From a virus: DNA of 62,107 bases. Below are positions 25,480-35,024 of the stretch, piece after piece (the first letter of the stretch is position 1; every line of letters begins with the position of its first letter). Under the pieces are notes generated by a model. The model searched no databases, had not been told where the DNA came from, and worked only from the letters and a program-made list of their open reading frames with translations. A program made the position numbers and the translations under genes. Where the stretch lies: the IMG/VR virus record IMGVR_UViG_3300044832_000020, positions 1 through 62,107 of that record, one strand, 5' to 3'.

Positions 25480-25907
25480 TTGCCGCCTTTGAGGATGCTG
25501 ATCTCAGCGTTGGCGTGTGACAGATCCAGACCGCACCGGGTCAGGAGCCGGTTGAGCTTCACGTTTTCCTTGCGGAACTCTTCGATCACCGCATTGGAGT
25601 TTTCCTGGGCGTCCGCCAGCGCTTTGATGTGAGCGCGCTGCATCTCTGCCATGTCGGCGGTCCGCTTGCTGATCTCGCTATCGAGGTTGGCGCGGAGTTT
25701 ATCGACCTCATCAAAGGCTCGTTTTAGCTCGACCTCCAACCGGAGAACCTGGTTGTTCGCGGCGGTGACGACTACCGAGTCAGACTCGGTATTGGTCTTC
25801 CGGAGATCACTCTTCTTGAAGGCCAGTCGGATGATGAGTTGTACGCTGCCGCCTCCCAGTAGGACGGCGAAAACCTGCAGGAGGAACCGTGTGGTGGCGT
25901 CATTCAT
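25476..25907 (-). CDS. N-terminally anchored coiled-coil protein (143 aa)
   Basis: ATG 25907 (MNDATTRFLLQVFAVLLGGGSVQLII...), 8-nt overlap with the upstream gene. Confidence 0.55.
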   Translation of the reverse strand: MNDATTRFLLQVFAVLLGGGSVQLIIRLAFKKSDLRKTNTESDSVVVTAANNQVLRLEVELKRAFDEVDKLRANLDSEISKRTADMAEMQRAHIKALADAQENSNAVIEEFRKENVKLNRLLTRCGLDLSHANAEISILKGGK

Positions 25908-26358
25908 CGGTCCCCCGATCCCCCAGATCGTGGTGCTCCATCGCGCTGAGCTTCGCCGCCTCGTACAGGATCCGCGAGCGGTACCAGCAGGCCAGGGTGT
26001 AGGCCAGCGCGAACGACCCGGACACAATGCCGCCGACGCCCAAGCCGATGTAGCAGCACACCGCGTAGAACACCAGACCGAACGCCATGAGCTGGAGGCC
26101 GACGTACTCCCACAGCCATGAACCCCGGGCGATCCCGAACAAGGTGGTGGCGCCGGCGATCGCGAGCAAGCCTCCCCAAAGATGCGGGACCGGCTCGCCT
26201 TCGAGGACGTTGCTGATCGCCTTAGACACTTCACTGCCAAGAACGGCTGCAGTGATGCCGACCGGGATCAGAGCGAGCGCCAGGAACAGGGAGAACGGGG
26301 TGGCAGATAATCGCGCCTGCCACCGCAGGAGCCACAGCTTCCGTTTCATGATGACCAA
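25900..26358 (-). CDS. polytopic membrane protein (152 aa), holin-like candidate
   Basis: Track ORF with four hydrophobic helices. Confidence 0.55.
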   Translation of the reverse strand: MVIMKRKLWLLRWQARLSATPFSLFLALALIPVGITAAVLGSEVSKAISNVLEGEPVPHLWGGLLAIAGATTLFGIARGSWLWEYVGLQLMAFGLVFYAVCCYIGLGVGGIVSGSFALAYTLACWYRSRILYEAAKLSAMEHHDLGDRGTDE

Positions 26359-26397
26359 TTTCCTCTACCCCCAATGACGTTCTGGTGGATCAGGAAT

Positions 26398-26482
26398 GGG
26401 TGGTGATGCGATCACACGCGAGCCGTACTGCCGACCCGGGAGGGCTTCACCGGTGACGGGCCAGCCTGTGCTGGCGGGTTTA
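26398..26482. repeat. about 85-nt intergenic element, copy B
   Basis: See copy A. Contains the motif at 26428..26461. Confidence 0.85.
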
Positions 26483-26845
26483 CGAGTCGAGCAGATCGCT
26501 CGCGACCAGTAGCCGGATGACGGCTTGCATCTGGCGGGTCAACTTCGGCACTTGCGCGATGTGGTCCGCGTTCGTGGCGGTGCCGGCAACGATCAGCGCC
26601 AGATAGGTGGCGTTGTTCGCGTAGGCGATGCGAGCCTGGGCCAGGATCGCGGCGCGGTTGATCGAGCGCGTGTCGTTGACGATCGTGGCGGCGGCCTGCG
26701 CGCTCTCGGCGTCAGCCTGCTGGTTCTCGGCGTCATCGAACGGGCGCGAGACCACCACCGCGCCGTTCTCGGTGCGGGTGTAGATCCGGGCGTCGGTGTC
26801 CCATTGTTCAAGCGTGGTTGAATCCTGGCGGACGATGATCGGCAT
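26480..26845 (-). CDS. hypothetical tail-module protein (121 aa)
   Basis: Track ORF. Confidence 0.55.
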   Translation of the reverse strand: MPIIVRQDSTTLEQWDTDARIYTRTENGAVVVSRPFDDAENQQADAESAQAAATIVNDTRSINRAAILAQARIAYANNATYLALIVAGTATNADHIAQVPKLTRQMQAVIRLLVASDLLDS

Positions 26846-26848
26846 TTG

Positions 26849-27607
26849 TCAGGCCATCATCGTCATCACGAAGCAATACCCGGGCGCGCCGGCGCCGCCG
26901 GCGACAGCGGCGTTGCTGTTGGTGAGGCCGCCACTGCCGCCGCCGCCGTAGTTTTGGCCGGTGAGACCGACGCCACCGACCGACGCGGCCGGCGAGTCGG
27001 CGCCCCAGCCCATGTTGGAATCGCCGCCCATGCCGCAGTCGGCGACGAAGCCGTTGCCGCCACCGTTGGTCACGCGACCGCGCGAGCCGTCCTTACCTTC
27101 GAGGTTGAGGTGCCCGCCGGACCCGATCCCGCCGGTGCCGCCCGTGTTGATCGACAGCGTCGTGGCGACCATGCCCTGCCCGCCGGTGCCGCCGGTCGCG
27201 TTGCAGAATGCCCCGAACGAGGTGGTGCCGCCGGTGCCGCCGGCGTTGTTACCAGCCGCCCCAGCAGTGCCGCCCGAGCCGATCGTGACCGCCACGGATG
27301 ATCCGATCGTCGCGGCGTTGAGCCACATCTCCGAGTAGCCGCCGCCGGCGCCGCCCGCACCGATCGAGCACTGACCAGCGGTGGTGAGTGCAGCGCCGCC
27401 ACCGCCACCGCCGGCACCACACAGGCAAATCTTCGAGACGATCGCGCCGGCGGGCCTGGTCCAGCTCGCCGACCCGGCGAATACCTGGATATCGATGTTG
27501 CCCATCAGCAGCCCATCGACGCCGGTCCCCAACGTCTGTAGGTGTTCCCAGATCCGGGTATGCCCGGTCTGGTCCGGGTAAACGATCCCCTTGGGTGTAG
27601 TGGGCAT
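26849..27607 (-). CDS. glycine-rich minor tail/fibre protein (252 aa)
   Basis: GAGGGGGG, GGAGGG and GGTGG runs, typical of actinophage glycine-rich minor tail proteins. Confidence 0.65.
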   Translation of the reverse strand: MPTTPKGIVYPDQTGHTRIWEHLQTLGTGVDGLLMGNIDIQVFAGSASWTRPAGAIVSKICLCGAGGGGGGAALTTAGQCSIGAGGAGGGYSEMWLNAATIGSSVAVTIGSGGTAGAAGNNAGGTGGTTSFGAFCNATGGTGGQGMVATTLSINTGGTGGIGSGGHLNLEGKDGSRGRVTNGGGNGFVADCGMGGDSNMGWGADSPAASVGGVGLTGQNYGGGGSGGLTNSNAAVAGGAGAPGYCFVMTMMA

Positions 27608-27608
27608 G

Positions 27609-28451
27609 TCAGCGCCTCCAGTACAGCGTCAGGGTCCAGGCGGCCGAGTAGGTCCCGATGCCGCTGAAAACCATGTATGGGTCGTCGGCCGAGATGAAGG
27701 TGGCGATCCCGCCCCGGGTACCGTCCACCAGCGCCTGCCCCCAGGCGATCGGGAGGTCGAACACAATCTCGTCATCGATCTCGATCGAGGGGCCGGACGT
27801 CGTCTCGTTGAGCGTGGGCGCGCCGCCCGGCCGAGCAGTCTGGGTGATGAGCCGCAGGGTCGGCGTCCGAGCCGAGTAGCTCCCGCCGTTCCGTCGTCGG
27901 ATCACGACCGTCGCCTTGGTGACCGTTGCCCCCGTCAACGACTGAGCCGTGGTCCCGTAGAACGCACACCCGGTCTGGATGCCATAGCTGGAGCCGCTCG
28001 ATCTCCCCTGCCAGGTGTAGTTGGTCGCGCTGGCCGGGCCTTGGTCCGTGCGCCAGGTCCCACTGCGATACGTCGCGGTCTGGGTGGCCGACACCACTAG
28101 CGTCCCGGTCGTATAGGCCGGCTTCGGTGCCGGTGCCGGGTCCGAGACCGGTGGCACCTTCCCGCCGATGACCGGTGGCGGGAGCGGTGGCGGGATCGCC
28201 GGCGGCGGCGCCAGGATCCCGATCACGAATCGCTGCGACCCGTTGCGTGCGATCAGCAGGTTATCGCCGACGAGAATGTTGAGCCCGAGCGTGATCCGAA
28301 CGGTGGACTGGACGCCACCAATGTCTACGAGAACCGACGTGGTCGTTCCGAACGGCGGGCCACCGTCAGAGGTGGACAGCGCGAAACCGATCATCGTGCC
28401 GAGCGGCGCCAGCGACAGTTTGCTACCGCTGAGATCTACCTCGTCTGCCAT
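27609..28451 (-). CDS. minor tail protein (280 aa)
   Basis: Track ORF in the tail module. Confidence 0.6.
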   Translation of the reverse strand: MADEVDLSGSKLSLAPLGTMIGFALSTSDGGPPFGTTTSVLVDIGGVQSTVRITLGLNILVGDNLLIARNGSQRFVIGILAPPPAIPPPLPPPVIGGKVPPVSDPAPAPKPAYTTGTLVVSATQTATYRSGTWRTDQGPASATNYTWQGRSSGSSYGIQTGCAFYGTTAQSLTGATVTKATVVIRRRNGGSYSARTPTLRLITQTARPGGAPTLNETTSGPSIEIDDEIVFDLPIAWGQALVDGTRGGIATFISADDPYMVFSGIGTYSAAWTLTLYWRR

Positions 28452-29524
28452 CAGATCACCAACTGCATCGTTTGCTCGATCGGGTTATACGGGAGCACCA
28501 TCTGCTCGATCGTCGCCGTGGCCGCCGTGGCGAATTCCAGACCGCTCACGGTGACCGGGTCCCCGATCTGCAGGCCAGGATGCGGGACCATGCGCGCGGT
28601 GATCTTGCGGGTCGCCGTACGACGTTTGCGTTCGAGGATGGTCGCGGCGGCTGCCCGGCATTGCGCCACTGTCGACATGAGCGGCGAGGTGAATTCATAC
28701 GGCACCGGCAACGGGTTGAACGGGCCGCTGATCCGCATCGGGGAGTTTGAGTCGACGTCGGACGCGGTACCGACGATCTGGTTACCTGTTGCGTCCTGGC
28801 CTTTGCAGACGACGATGTTGAACCCGCCATCCCGGGCCGCCAGGCCCTGCCAGCGAATGATGGTCCCGCCCACGCCATCGGTCAGACTCTCGACCGGCGT
28901 CAGCGTGGTGGGCGGTTTCGTGACCACGAGGATGCCGTTTTCATCGACGTGGCCCACGGCCGGCCAGGCGTCCAGCAGCTCGAACAACCCGCCGAGCCGG
29001 TCGGTGTCCCACTGGAACCCGACTGGCACGGAGCGATCGGCCAGGGCGCCGTCGATCGACACGGTCAGCGCCGGCTCGACCAGTCCCCGCAGGGTGGAGA
29101 TGAACGTGCCCGTCGGCTCGAAGGGAGCCACGAATTTGGCTTCATCGATCAGCGCCAGCAGCCCGGATGCGTTGACGGTAACGGTGTCCTGATCGAGCTG
29201 GGAGCCGGTGACGAGGAACCAGCCGCGCTGGATCCACTCGGTGCCGAAGCCGGTCTGGACGCCGAACGAGACTCGCAGTCGCTGCCCGTACGCGGCGAGC
29301 GGGTGATCCGGCGCGAGCGGGTCCCAACTGGAGCCGCGATCGGTGCGCGGGACCTGCAGTGTCACGCTCTCGGGGATCGAGGACGAACGGTCGAGGGTTT
29401 CGCTGCCGGTGTTGACCGGCACGTCGCTGCTGAGCAACTGGGCGCCGAGCCAGGACTCGACCCGCATCTGCATCGTGTAACTGCGCTTCACCATCGCCAG
29501 CGCGTCGCTCGACAGGGTGAGCAT
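28451..29524 (-). CDS. minor tail protein (357 aa)
   Basis: ATG 29524 (MLTLSSDALAMVK...), 1-nt overlap with the upstream stop. The N-terminal extension in the track ORF is R-rich. Confidence 0.6.
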   Translation of the reverse strand: MLTLSSDALAMVKRSYTMQMRVESWLGAQLLSSDVPVNTGSETLDRSSSIPESVTLQVPRTDRGSSWDPLAPDHPLAAYGQRLRVSFGVQTGFGTEWIQRGWFLVTGSQLDQDTVTVNASGLLALIDEAKFVAPFEPTGTFISTLRGLVEPALTVSIDGALADRSVPVGFQWDTDRLGGLFELLDAWPAVGHVDENGILVVTKPPTTLTPVESLTDGVGGTIIRWQGLAARDGGFNIVVCKGQDATGNQIVGTASDVDSNSPMRISGPFNPLPVPYEFTSPLMSTVAQCRAAAATILERKRRTATRKITARMVPHPGLQIGDPVTVSGLEFATAATATIEQMVLPYNPIEQTMQLVI

Positions 29525-30348
29525 CAGAAATTCGCCTGGGCGATGACCAGCAAGGTGGCGTAGCTGTTGCGGATATCGTTGAGCGTGCCGGACGAGTAGG
29601 CGGTGTTGATATCCAGCAGCGTGAAGCCGCGCGCCTCCAGGTTCGCCGGCCAGGGCTCGGTCTCTTGTACGTCGAGCGTCCACCAGCGAACCGGCCCCCA
29701 CCACTGACGGTCGTCGGAGTCGGTCAGGACGGCCAGGTAGGCAGCGAAGCCGGCGAGGTTGAACTCCTCCCGCACGAGGACGACGCCTGACGTCGCCGTG
29801 TCAAGCAGTGCGTCCATTGCATCGCCATCGTTCGCGGTGTCGGTACGCAGGCGCAGGGTCGACGCCGGCGCCATGCGTGGCCCGGACACCACCACGGCCC
29901 GCCCGCCGACGTTGAACGTCGTGGCGTCGCGGATGCTCTTGTGTTCGGGCCAGGTCTCGGCGCCGACCATGGCGCCGGTCGCGGTGATCGCGTCGCTGAT
30001 GACGTACCGGGCGCCGAGCGTGACCGTCAGCGGATCCGAGTATGCCTCGGAGACGATGCCGAGACTGTCGGTCACCACTGCCACGTAGTTGTAAGCGACC
30101 CCGAACGGCTGCTCGCCATCGACCCGGACGACCGTGTCCACGCCGACCGTGTTGAGGTTGATTGCCCCGCGCAAGGGGAACCGGTTGGTGCCGATCTGCC
30201 GGTAGACGGTCACGGTGGCGATGCCGTCAGCGACCAGCCCGGCCAGGGTGATCAGCACGCGGGGCGGGAACACGGGCTGAATCAAGGTGGCGATCGCCGA
30301 CCCGCCGTAGAGGCTGGCGCCATAGAGCCCGGAGCCGTAGTTGCTCAC
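29524..30348 (-). CDS. minor tail protein, distal-tail (Dit)-like by position (274 aa)
   Basis: Track ORF, second gene after the tape measure. Confidence 0.55.
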   Translation of the reverse strand: MSNYGSGLYGASLYGGSAIATLIQPVFPPRVLITLAGLVADGIATVTVYRQIGTNRFPLRGAINLNTVGVDTVVRVDGEQPFGVAYNYVAVVTDSLGIVSEAYSDPLTVTLGARYVISDAITATGAMVGAETWPEHKSIRDATTFNVGGRAVVVSGPRMAPASTLRLRTDTANDGDAMDALLDTATSGVVLVREEFNLAGFAAYLAVLTDSDDRQWWGPVRWWTLDVQETEPWPANLEARGFTLLDINTAYSSGTLNDIRNSYATLLVIAQANF

Positions 30349-30351
30349 GAG

Positions 30352-30891
30352 TCACGCCACCTGACGTGCGAGCATCCAGGAACCGAGGAGGATGTTGCTG
30401 GCGGTCGCGTTGCCGGTGCCTTGCGCCACTTGCATCTTGAACACGCCGGTATTGGTCGACATGATCAGCAGCCCGGTGCCCTCGACGCGGCTGGTGGTAC
30501 CGACAGCGATCGTGCCGTGGAGCACGTTAGTGCCGATCAGCGGGGCGTCCTGATCGGTTGACGCGGTAATGATGGTCGTGGCGGCGACGTCGAGACCGAG
30601 CGAAGACCACGTCATGGTCGCGCCGGTCGGCCCGACGAAGGAATACCGGAAGTCAGCGGCGGCCAGCCCGTCGGTGCGAAGCGACCACTGCACCAGGTAG
30701 ACCGAGCTGACCACCGTCATCGACAGTGAGAGCGCGTTGTCGTCAACCAGCGTGACCGCCGGCAGTGCCTGGCTGGCCGTCTTGCGGGCAAACAGGTCGT
30801 ACGTGTTGAGCTGGGTCAGTGCCGTGTTGAGGGTCGAGCCCCAGGTGTTGCTGGAGCCGCCGACCGTGGGGAGTGCCAGACCAATGGCCAT
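30352..30891 (-). CDS. minor tail protein (179 aa)
   Basis: ATG 30891 (MAIGLALPTVGGSSNTWGSTLNTAL...), 4 nt after the tape measure stop. Confidence 0.55.
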   Translation of the reverse strand: MAIGLALPTVGGSSNTWGSTLNTALTQLNTYDLFARKTASQALPAVTLVDDNALSLSMTVVSSVYLVQWSLRTDGLAAADFRYSFVGPTGATMTWSSLGLDVAATTIITASTDQDAPLIGTNVLHGTIAVGTTSRVEGTGLLIMSTNTGVFKMQVAQGTGNATASNILLGSWMLARQVA

Positions 30892-30895
30892 GGGT

Positions 30896-33796
30896 CTATC
30901 GCCTTCCGCGTTTGAGGCTTCGAGCCTGCGCACCGTCGAGCGCGCCGGCACGGACGTCGATCAGCCCGGTCAGCTTGCCCTCGTTGAGATTGACGTCGAC
31001 CCGTGAGACGGAGGACGCGATCGCGGCCAGGTCATCCGGGTGGAGACGTCGCGAACCGCCGCCCATCATCGCGAGCTGGGCCTGATTGAACACCGCTTCC
31101 GGCTTGCTGGTCTCGTTGTAGCCCAGCTTGCCGGGCATCAGCCAGCCGCCATCCTTGTAACCGCCGGGCCGGTCCCAGCCACGCGGCGCGACACCGTACC
31201 GCGCGTTGGCGTACTTGATCGCCGCGTAGATATTGGCGAACGGGTCGAGGATGCCGCGCGACCGGTACGGGCCGGCGTAGGCGTTGAACGTGCCCGGGAT
31301 GGTCTGCATCAACCCCTGGGACGGGTGGCCGGCGCGAGCGTTGGAGTCGGTCAGGTTGATCGCGTTGGGATTGCCCCCGCTCTCCTGATTCATGCGACGA
31401 AGCAACGAGTTGATCCAGATCGCCGGGGCACCGGCCGCCTGTAGCGCCTGCAAGGCAACAGCGCGCCAGCGCGCCACGCCAGAGCCGCCGGCGGTGGGCA
31501 GACTGTTGCTACCGATGCCGCCGATGATGCCGCCGATCGCGCTACCAACGGAACTGAGCGCGCTGAGCGCCTTCTTAGGCAGGCTGGCCAGTGAGATCAA
31601 GCCCTTGTTGACGATGCGCCCGAGCGCCGTCGGCATACTGCCGAAGATCTTGCCGATCGCCTTGGCCATGTTCACCGAGCCCAGCCCTTTGAATAGGCCC
31701 ACAGCCAGGGCGCTACCGAGGTTGGCCATCACCTTTGACGGCGATGCAATGCCGAAGAACTTTCTGACGTTGGCGATGATCGGGTCCACGACCTGCGTCT
31801 TGATCCAGGCGCCGACTCCCTTCATCTTGTTCCAGATCCCGGACAGCAGCCCACCGATGACGCTTTGGCCCATGCTGTAGAGCCACTTGCCGGCGGTGCC
31901 GAACTGACCGACCACGCGGCGTACGACGTTGGTCCAGACCCAGGAGCCGATCGTGCTGGCGATATTCCAGAGGCCGGACCTGAGCCCGATAAGGACTTGC
32001 CGGCCTCGCTGGTACAGCCACGAGCCGGCGGAGACGAACACCCGCCACACGGGCTGGACAACGTACTGGTTCGTCCAGGTGTAGAGGGTGCGAGCGATCG
32101 CCCAGATACCGTTCTTCAGCCCGGTAACGACCTGCGAGCCCCGCTGATACAGCCAGGTGCCGGCCTTGACGAACGCGCGGATATTGGGCTGGATGACCCA
32201 GTTATTCATCCAGGTACCGATGGATTTGGCGACAGCCCAGACGCCGCTGAGGAAGCCGGTCATGAGTTTCCGGCCGTGGATGACCAGCCAGACGCCGGCG
32301 TACAGCCAGGGCGCCACGACCTTGACCACCGGGGCGCGCAGGATCCACGCACCGACACCCTTGGCGACAGCCCAGATCCCGGCCTTGAACCCCTCGAATA
32401 GATCCTGGCCCTTGCGGAGCAGCAGTTTCGCGACGTTGCCGACCTTGGCCGGCAAGCCGACGAAGAAGTTTTTAACGGTGTTCGCCATGCCACCGAAGGT
32501 TTTAACCGTCCAGGTGCTGATCGCCTTCCACTTCCAGATCACCAGCGCGACCAGCGCGGCGATCGCGACCACGACCCAGGCGATCGGTCCCATCGCGATG
32601 ACCCAGGCGACAGCCATCCGGCCGGCCTGGATGATCGACTGCACGCCCATGATTGCCCAGCCGGCCACGATCCTGACCACGGCCCACGAGTGAGCGATGG
32701 CGCCGGTGATCGCGTCGCGCTTGAGTAGCAGCCAGATCGCGGCGGTCTCAGCACCGGAGACGGTGGCGGCCACACCCATGGCGATCAAGTGCGGGATGAA
32801 CACGGCGGCGATCACCAGGCTGGCGATCGCGAGCGGGGTCTTGAACTCCCACAGGAATTTGGCCGCAGCAGACAGCGGCGGCAGCGTCGCCGTGAACGCG
32901 CCGAAGAGATCCCGGATGACGCCGACGAACGCTCCCCCGACACCCTTCCCACTGCGCATCTGGCCGATAAAGGTGTTGATCGTTGTGCCGACCTTGGTCA
33001 GGGTCGGCAGCAGCGCGCCGCCGATGGCCAGCTTGACGCCGAGCATGGTCGCCGCGAACTGCCGCTGCTGGGTCCGGTAGGCGACGATCGCGGACAGAGA
33101 CTTGCCGCTCATCGTGGTGCCGAGCTTGTCTGACTGCGCCTCCAGCGCCCTGATCCCGGCCGAGCCCTTGTTGAGGAACGGGATCATGTCGACCCCGGAC
33201 CGGCCAAAGATCTTCATCGCCAGGGCCGTTTTCTGCACGCCTGGCGGCATGCTCTTGAACCTGTCCGCGATCTTCGGCAACAGCGCGGCCCACGGCAGCA
33301 CCTTGCCGTGGGCGTCCTGGTAGTTGAACCCGAGCAGGGCGACCATCTTGGCGGTGGCCTTGGTGTTGCCCTCGGTGTTCGAGAGCGCCTTACTGCCCAG
33401 CCGCAAGCCCTTGGTCAGGGTGTCGACCGAGATCCCCGACAGCACCGCCGCCTCCCGTAGTCGGCTCATTTGCTCGGCCGTGCCGCCAGCGATGCGCTGC
33501 AGTTTGATGACCTCAATGCCGGTGTCCTGAAAAGTCTGGATCGAAGACTTGGCGATACCGATGGCGCCGAGCACGGAGAACGCGGCGATCGCGGGAGCGA
33601 TCATCCCCTTGATGCCGGAGAACGTGTTGGACAGCCCCTTGTGGATCCGGCCGGTTGACTTGGTGACGTTGCCCTCAGCGCCCTTGATGGACGACCCGAT
33701 CGCTCGGCCGGCCTTGCCTGATTCAGCGCCTGCGGTCTTGAATGCGGGAGACAGTTTGTCGACGCCCAGCAGAGTGAAAACCATCGTGTTGCTCAT
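30896..33796 (-). CDS. tape measure protein with C-terminal lytic transglycosylase (SLT-like) domain
   Basis: 966 aa with central hydrophobic/W-rich repeats. NQESGGNPNAINLTDSNARAGHPSQGLMQTIPGTF is an SLT-type motif. Confidence 0.85.
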   Translation of the reverse strand: MSNTMVFTLLGVDKLSPAFKTAGAESGKAGRAIGSSIKGAEGNVTKSTGRIHKGLSNTFSGIKGMIAPAIAAFSVLGAIGIAKSSIQTFQDTGIEVIKLQRIAGGTAEQMSRLREAAVLSGISVDTLTKGLRLGSKALSNTEGNTKATAKMVALLGFNYQDAHGKVLPWAALLPKIADRFKSMPPGVQKTALAMKIFGRSGVDMIPFLNKGSAGIRALEAQSDKLGTTMSGKSLSAIVAYRTQQRQFAATMLGVKLAIGGALLPTLTKVGTTINTFIGQMRSGKGVGGAFVGVIRDLFGAFTATLPPLSAAAKFLWEFKTPLAIASLVIAAVFIPHLIAMGVAATVSGAETAAIWLLLKRDAITGAIAHSWAVVRIVAGWAIMGVQSIIQAGRMAVAWVIAMGPIAWVVVAIAALVALVIWKWKAISTWTVKTFGGMANTVKNFFVGLPAKVGNVAKLLLRKGQDLFEGFKAGIWAVAKGVGAWILRAPVVKVVAPWLYAGVWLVIHGRKLMTGFLSGVWAVAKSIGTWMNNWVIQPNIRAFVKAGTWLYQRGSQVVTGLKNGIWAIARTLYTWTNQYVVQPVWRVFVSAGSWLYQRGRQVLIGLRSGLWNIASTIGSWVWTNVVRRVVGQFGTAGKWLYSMGQSVIGGLLSGIWNKMKGVGAWIKTQVVDPIIANVRKFFGIASPSKVMANLGSALAVGLFKGLGSVNMAKAIGKIFGSMPTALGRIVNKGLISLASLPKKALSALSSVGSAIGGIIGGIGSNSLPTAGGSGVARWRAVALQALQAAGAPAIWINSLLRRMNQESGGNPNAINLTDSNARAGHPSQGLMQTIPGTFNAYAGPYRSRGILDPFANIYAAIKYANARYGVAPRGWDRPGGYKDGGWLMPGKLGYNETSKPEAVFNQAQLAMMGGGSRRLHPDDLAAIASSVSRVDVNLNEGKLTGLIDVRAGALDGAQARSLKRGRR

Positions 33797-33802
33797 TGCG
33801 GC

Positions 33803-34347
33803 TCACCCTCCCTGTTGCTGCTGTTGTCGTTTCTCCTGCGCCTGGATCTCGTCAACGACCCGGCAGGCTTGATCGAAGAACCGCCACTCGATCTGCTCGG
33901 CGGTCAGGACGGTGAGTCCGAAGTACTTCCAGAGTCCGACGGAGTAGCTGGCGATGGTCCCGTCCAGGTCAGTGTCTGGGGCGGCTCGGCCTCGACGCCC
34001 AAAGAGCCAGGCTTGTCGAGCGCGGGCGACACGTTCCTCTCGGCTTTTCCCACCGGGTCCTTGCCCTGTGCAGCCATCGCCTCATCAACCAGCTTTTGTT
34101 CCTCAGCGCTGAGCACGGTCTCGAAATCCTCGTACTCGCCGTCGACCTGATCCCACTCGGTCGGCCGGCCGGCGCGGGTGAGCATGATCGCCACCATCAT
34201 CGACAGTGCGTCCGGGTCGCCGACGTTGAGCGCCTCGCCGAAATCCATCGGCAGCATGCCCAGCTTTGCCTTGATCAGACGGGCCTCGGCGAGTCGCGGT
34301 TGCCCGTTGAACTCGCCGAGATACTCGCCCTTGAATGAGATTTTCAT
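33803..34347 (-). CDS. tail assembly chaperone G-T fusion, made by a -1 frameshift at 34045..34051
   Basis: The -1 frame stays open from the slippery site to TGA 33803..33805 and reads ...TIASYSVGLWKYFGLTVLTAEQIEWRFFDQ... Confidence 0.65.
33904..34347 (-). CDS. tail assembly chaperone G (zero-frame product)
   Basis: ATG 34347 (MKISFKGEYLGEF...), directly upstream of the tape measure. Confidence 0.65.
   Translation of the reverse strand: MKISFKGEYLGEFNGQPRLAEARLIKAKLGMLPMDFGEALNVGDPDALSMMVAIMLTRAGRPTEWDQVDGEYEDFETVLSAEEQKLVDEAMAAQGKDPVGKAERNVSPALDKPGSLGVEAEPPQTLTWTGPSPATPSDSGSTSDSPS
34045..34051 (-). promoter_or_regulatory. slippery heptamer G_GGA_AAA
   Basis: Plus strand ttttccc. The zero-frame phase checks out (GGA starts at 34050). 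Confidence 0.7.
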
Positions 34348-34481
34348 GTGGTGGGGTTTCCTTCTGGTGGTGGGAAACGCCAGAGCACGCACCACCCTGG
34401 CCAGGACAGCGCCTGCCTGGTCGGTACGCGCTCTCGCGTGTGATTGCTTGCGTACGGGTGCTCGACGCGGCAGATCGACGC

Positions 34482-34949
34482 CTAGAGCCTCTGGCCGAGC
34501 CTGCTCTGCAGGTCTGCCAGCGCGGTGGCGATCTCGCGCCGCGCTTCCTTCTCGTTTTCCTTCATCGGGACCGAGAACCAGCCGGCCTTGACTGGCTGCG
34601 TGACCCAGCGGTCCGGGTGGCCGTACACCGGGTGTCGGACGCGGCCCTTGTCGATGCCGTGGATGTTGGCCGTTCCCTTGGCGATGAGCTGCAGGGACGG
34701 GTCACCTTTGCCGGTGGTCCGGTTGCGGGTCGTGAACCGTGACGCCGCGACTCGCTTGGCCAGGCCGCCACGGTGCGGCAGGATCAGCAGTGCTCGTGCT
34801 CTGGCCTCCGCCTTGGGTTTCTTGGTGGCCCGGTTGAGCGCCTTATACAGCTCGCGCTTGACTTCCTTGTCGCCGGTTTCCTTGAGCCGCTTGGACAGCT
34901 TCGCGAGCTGCTCGGCCCCGACGATCTTGAGCGGGGCGAATCCCGCCAT
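34482..34949 (-). CDS. HK97 gp10-like tail/neck component (155 aa)
   Basis: Track ORF. LKETGDKEVKRELYKALNRA...LPHRGGLAKRV resembles the gp10 family. Assignment is tentative. Confidence 0.45.
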   Translation of the reverse strand: MAGFAPLKIVGAEQLAKLSKRLKETGDKEVKRELYKALNRATKKPKAEARARALLILPHRGGLAKRVAASRFTTRNRTTGKGDPSLQLIAKGTANIHGIDKGRVRHPVYGHPDRWVTQPVKAGWFSVPMKENEKEARREIATALADLQSRLGQRL

Positions 34950-35024
34950 GTTTGCTCCTCCCTCGGTGGGCGCGTAACGTCGAGAGCGTCACGCCATCTA
35001 TGTTTCCCGAAAGGAAGTTCCACC

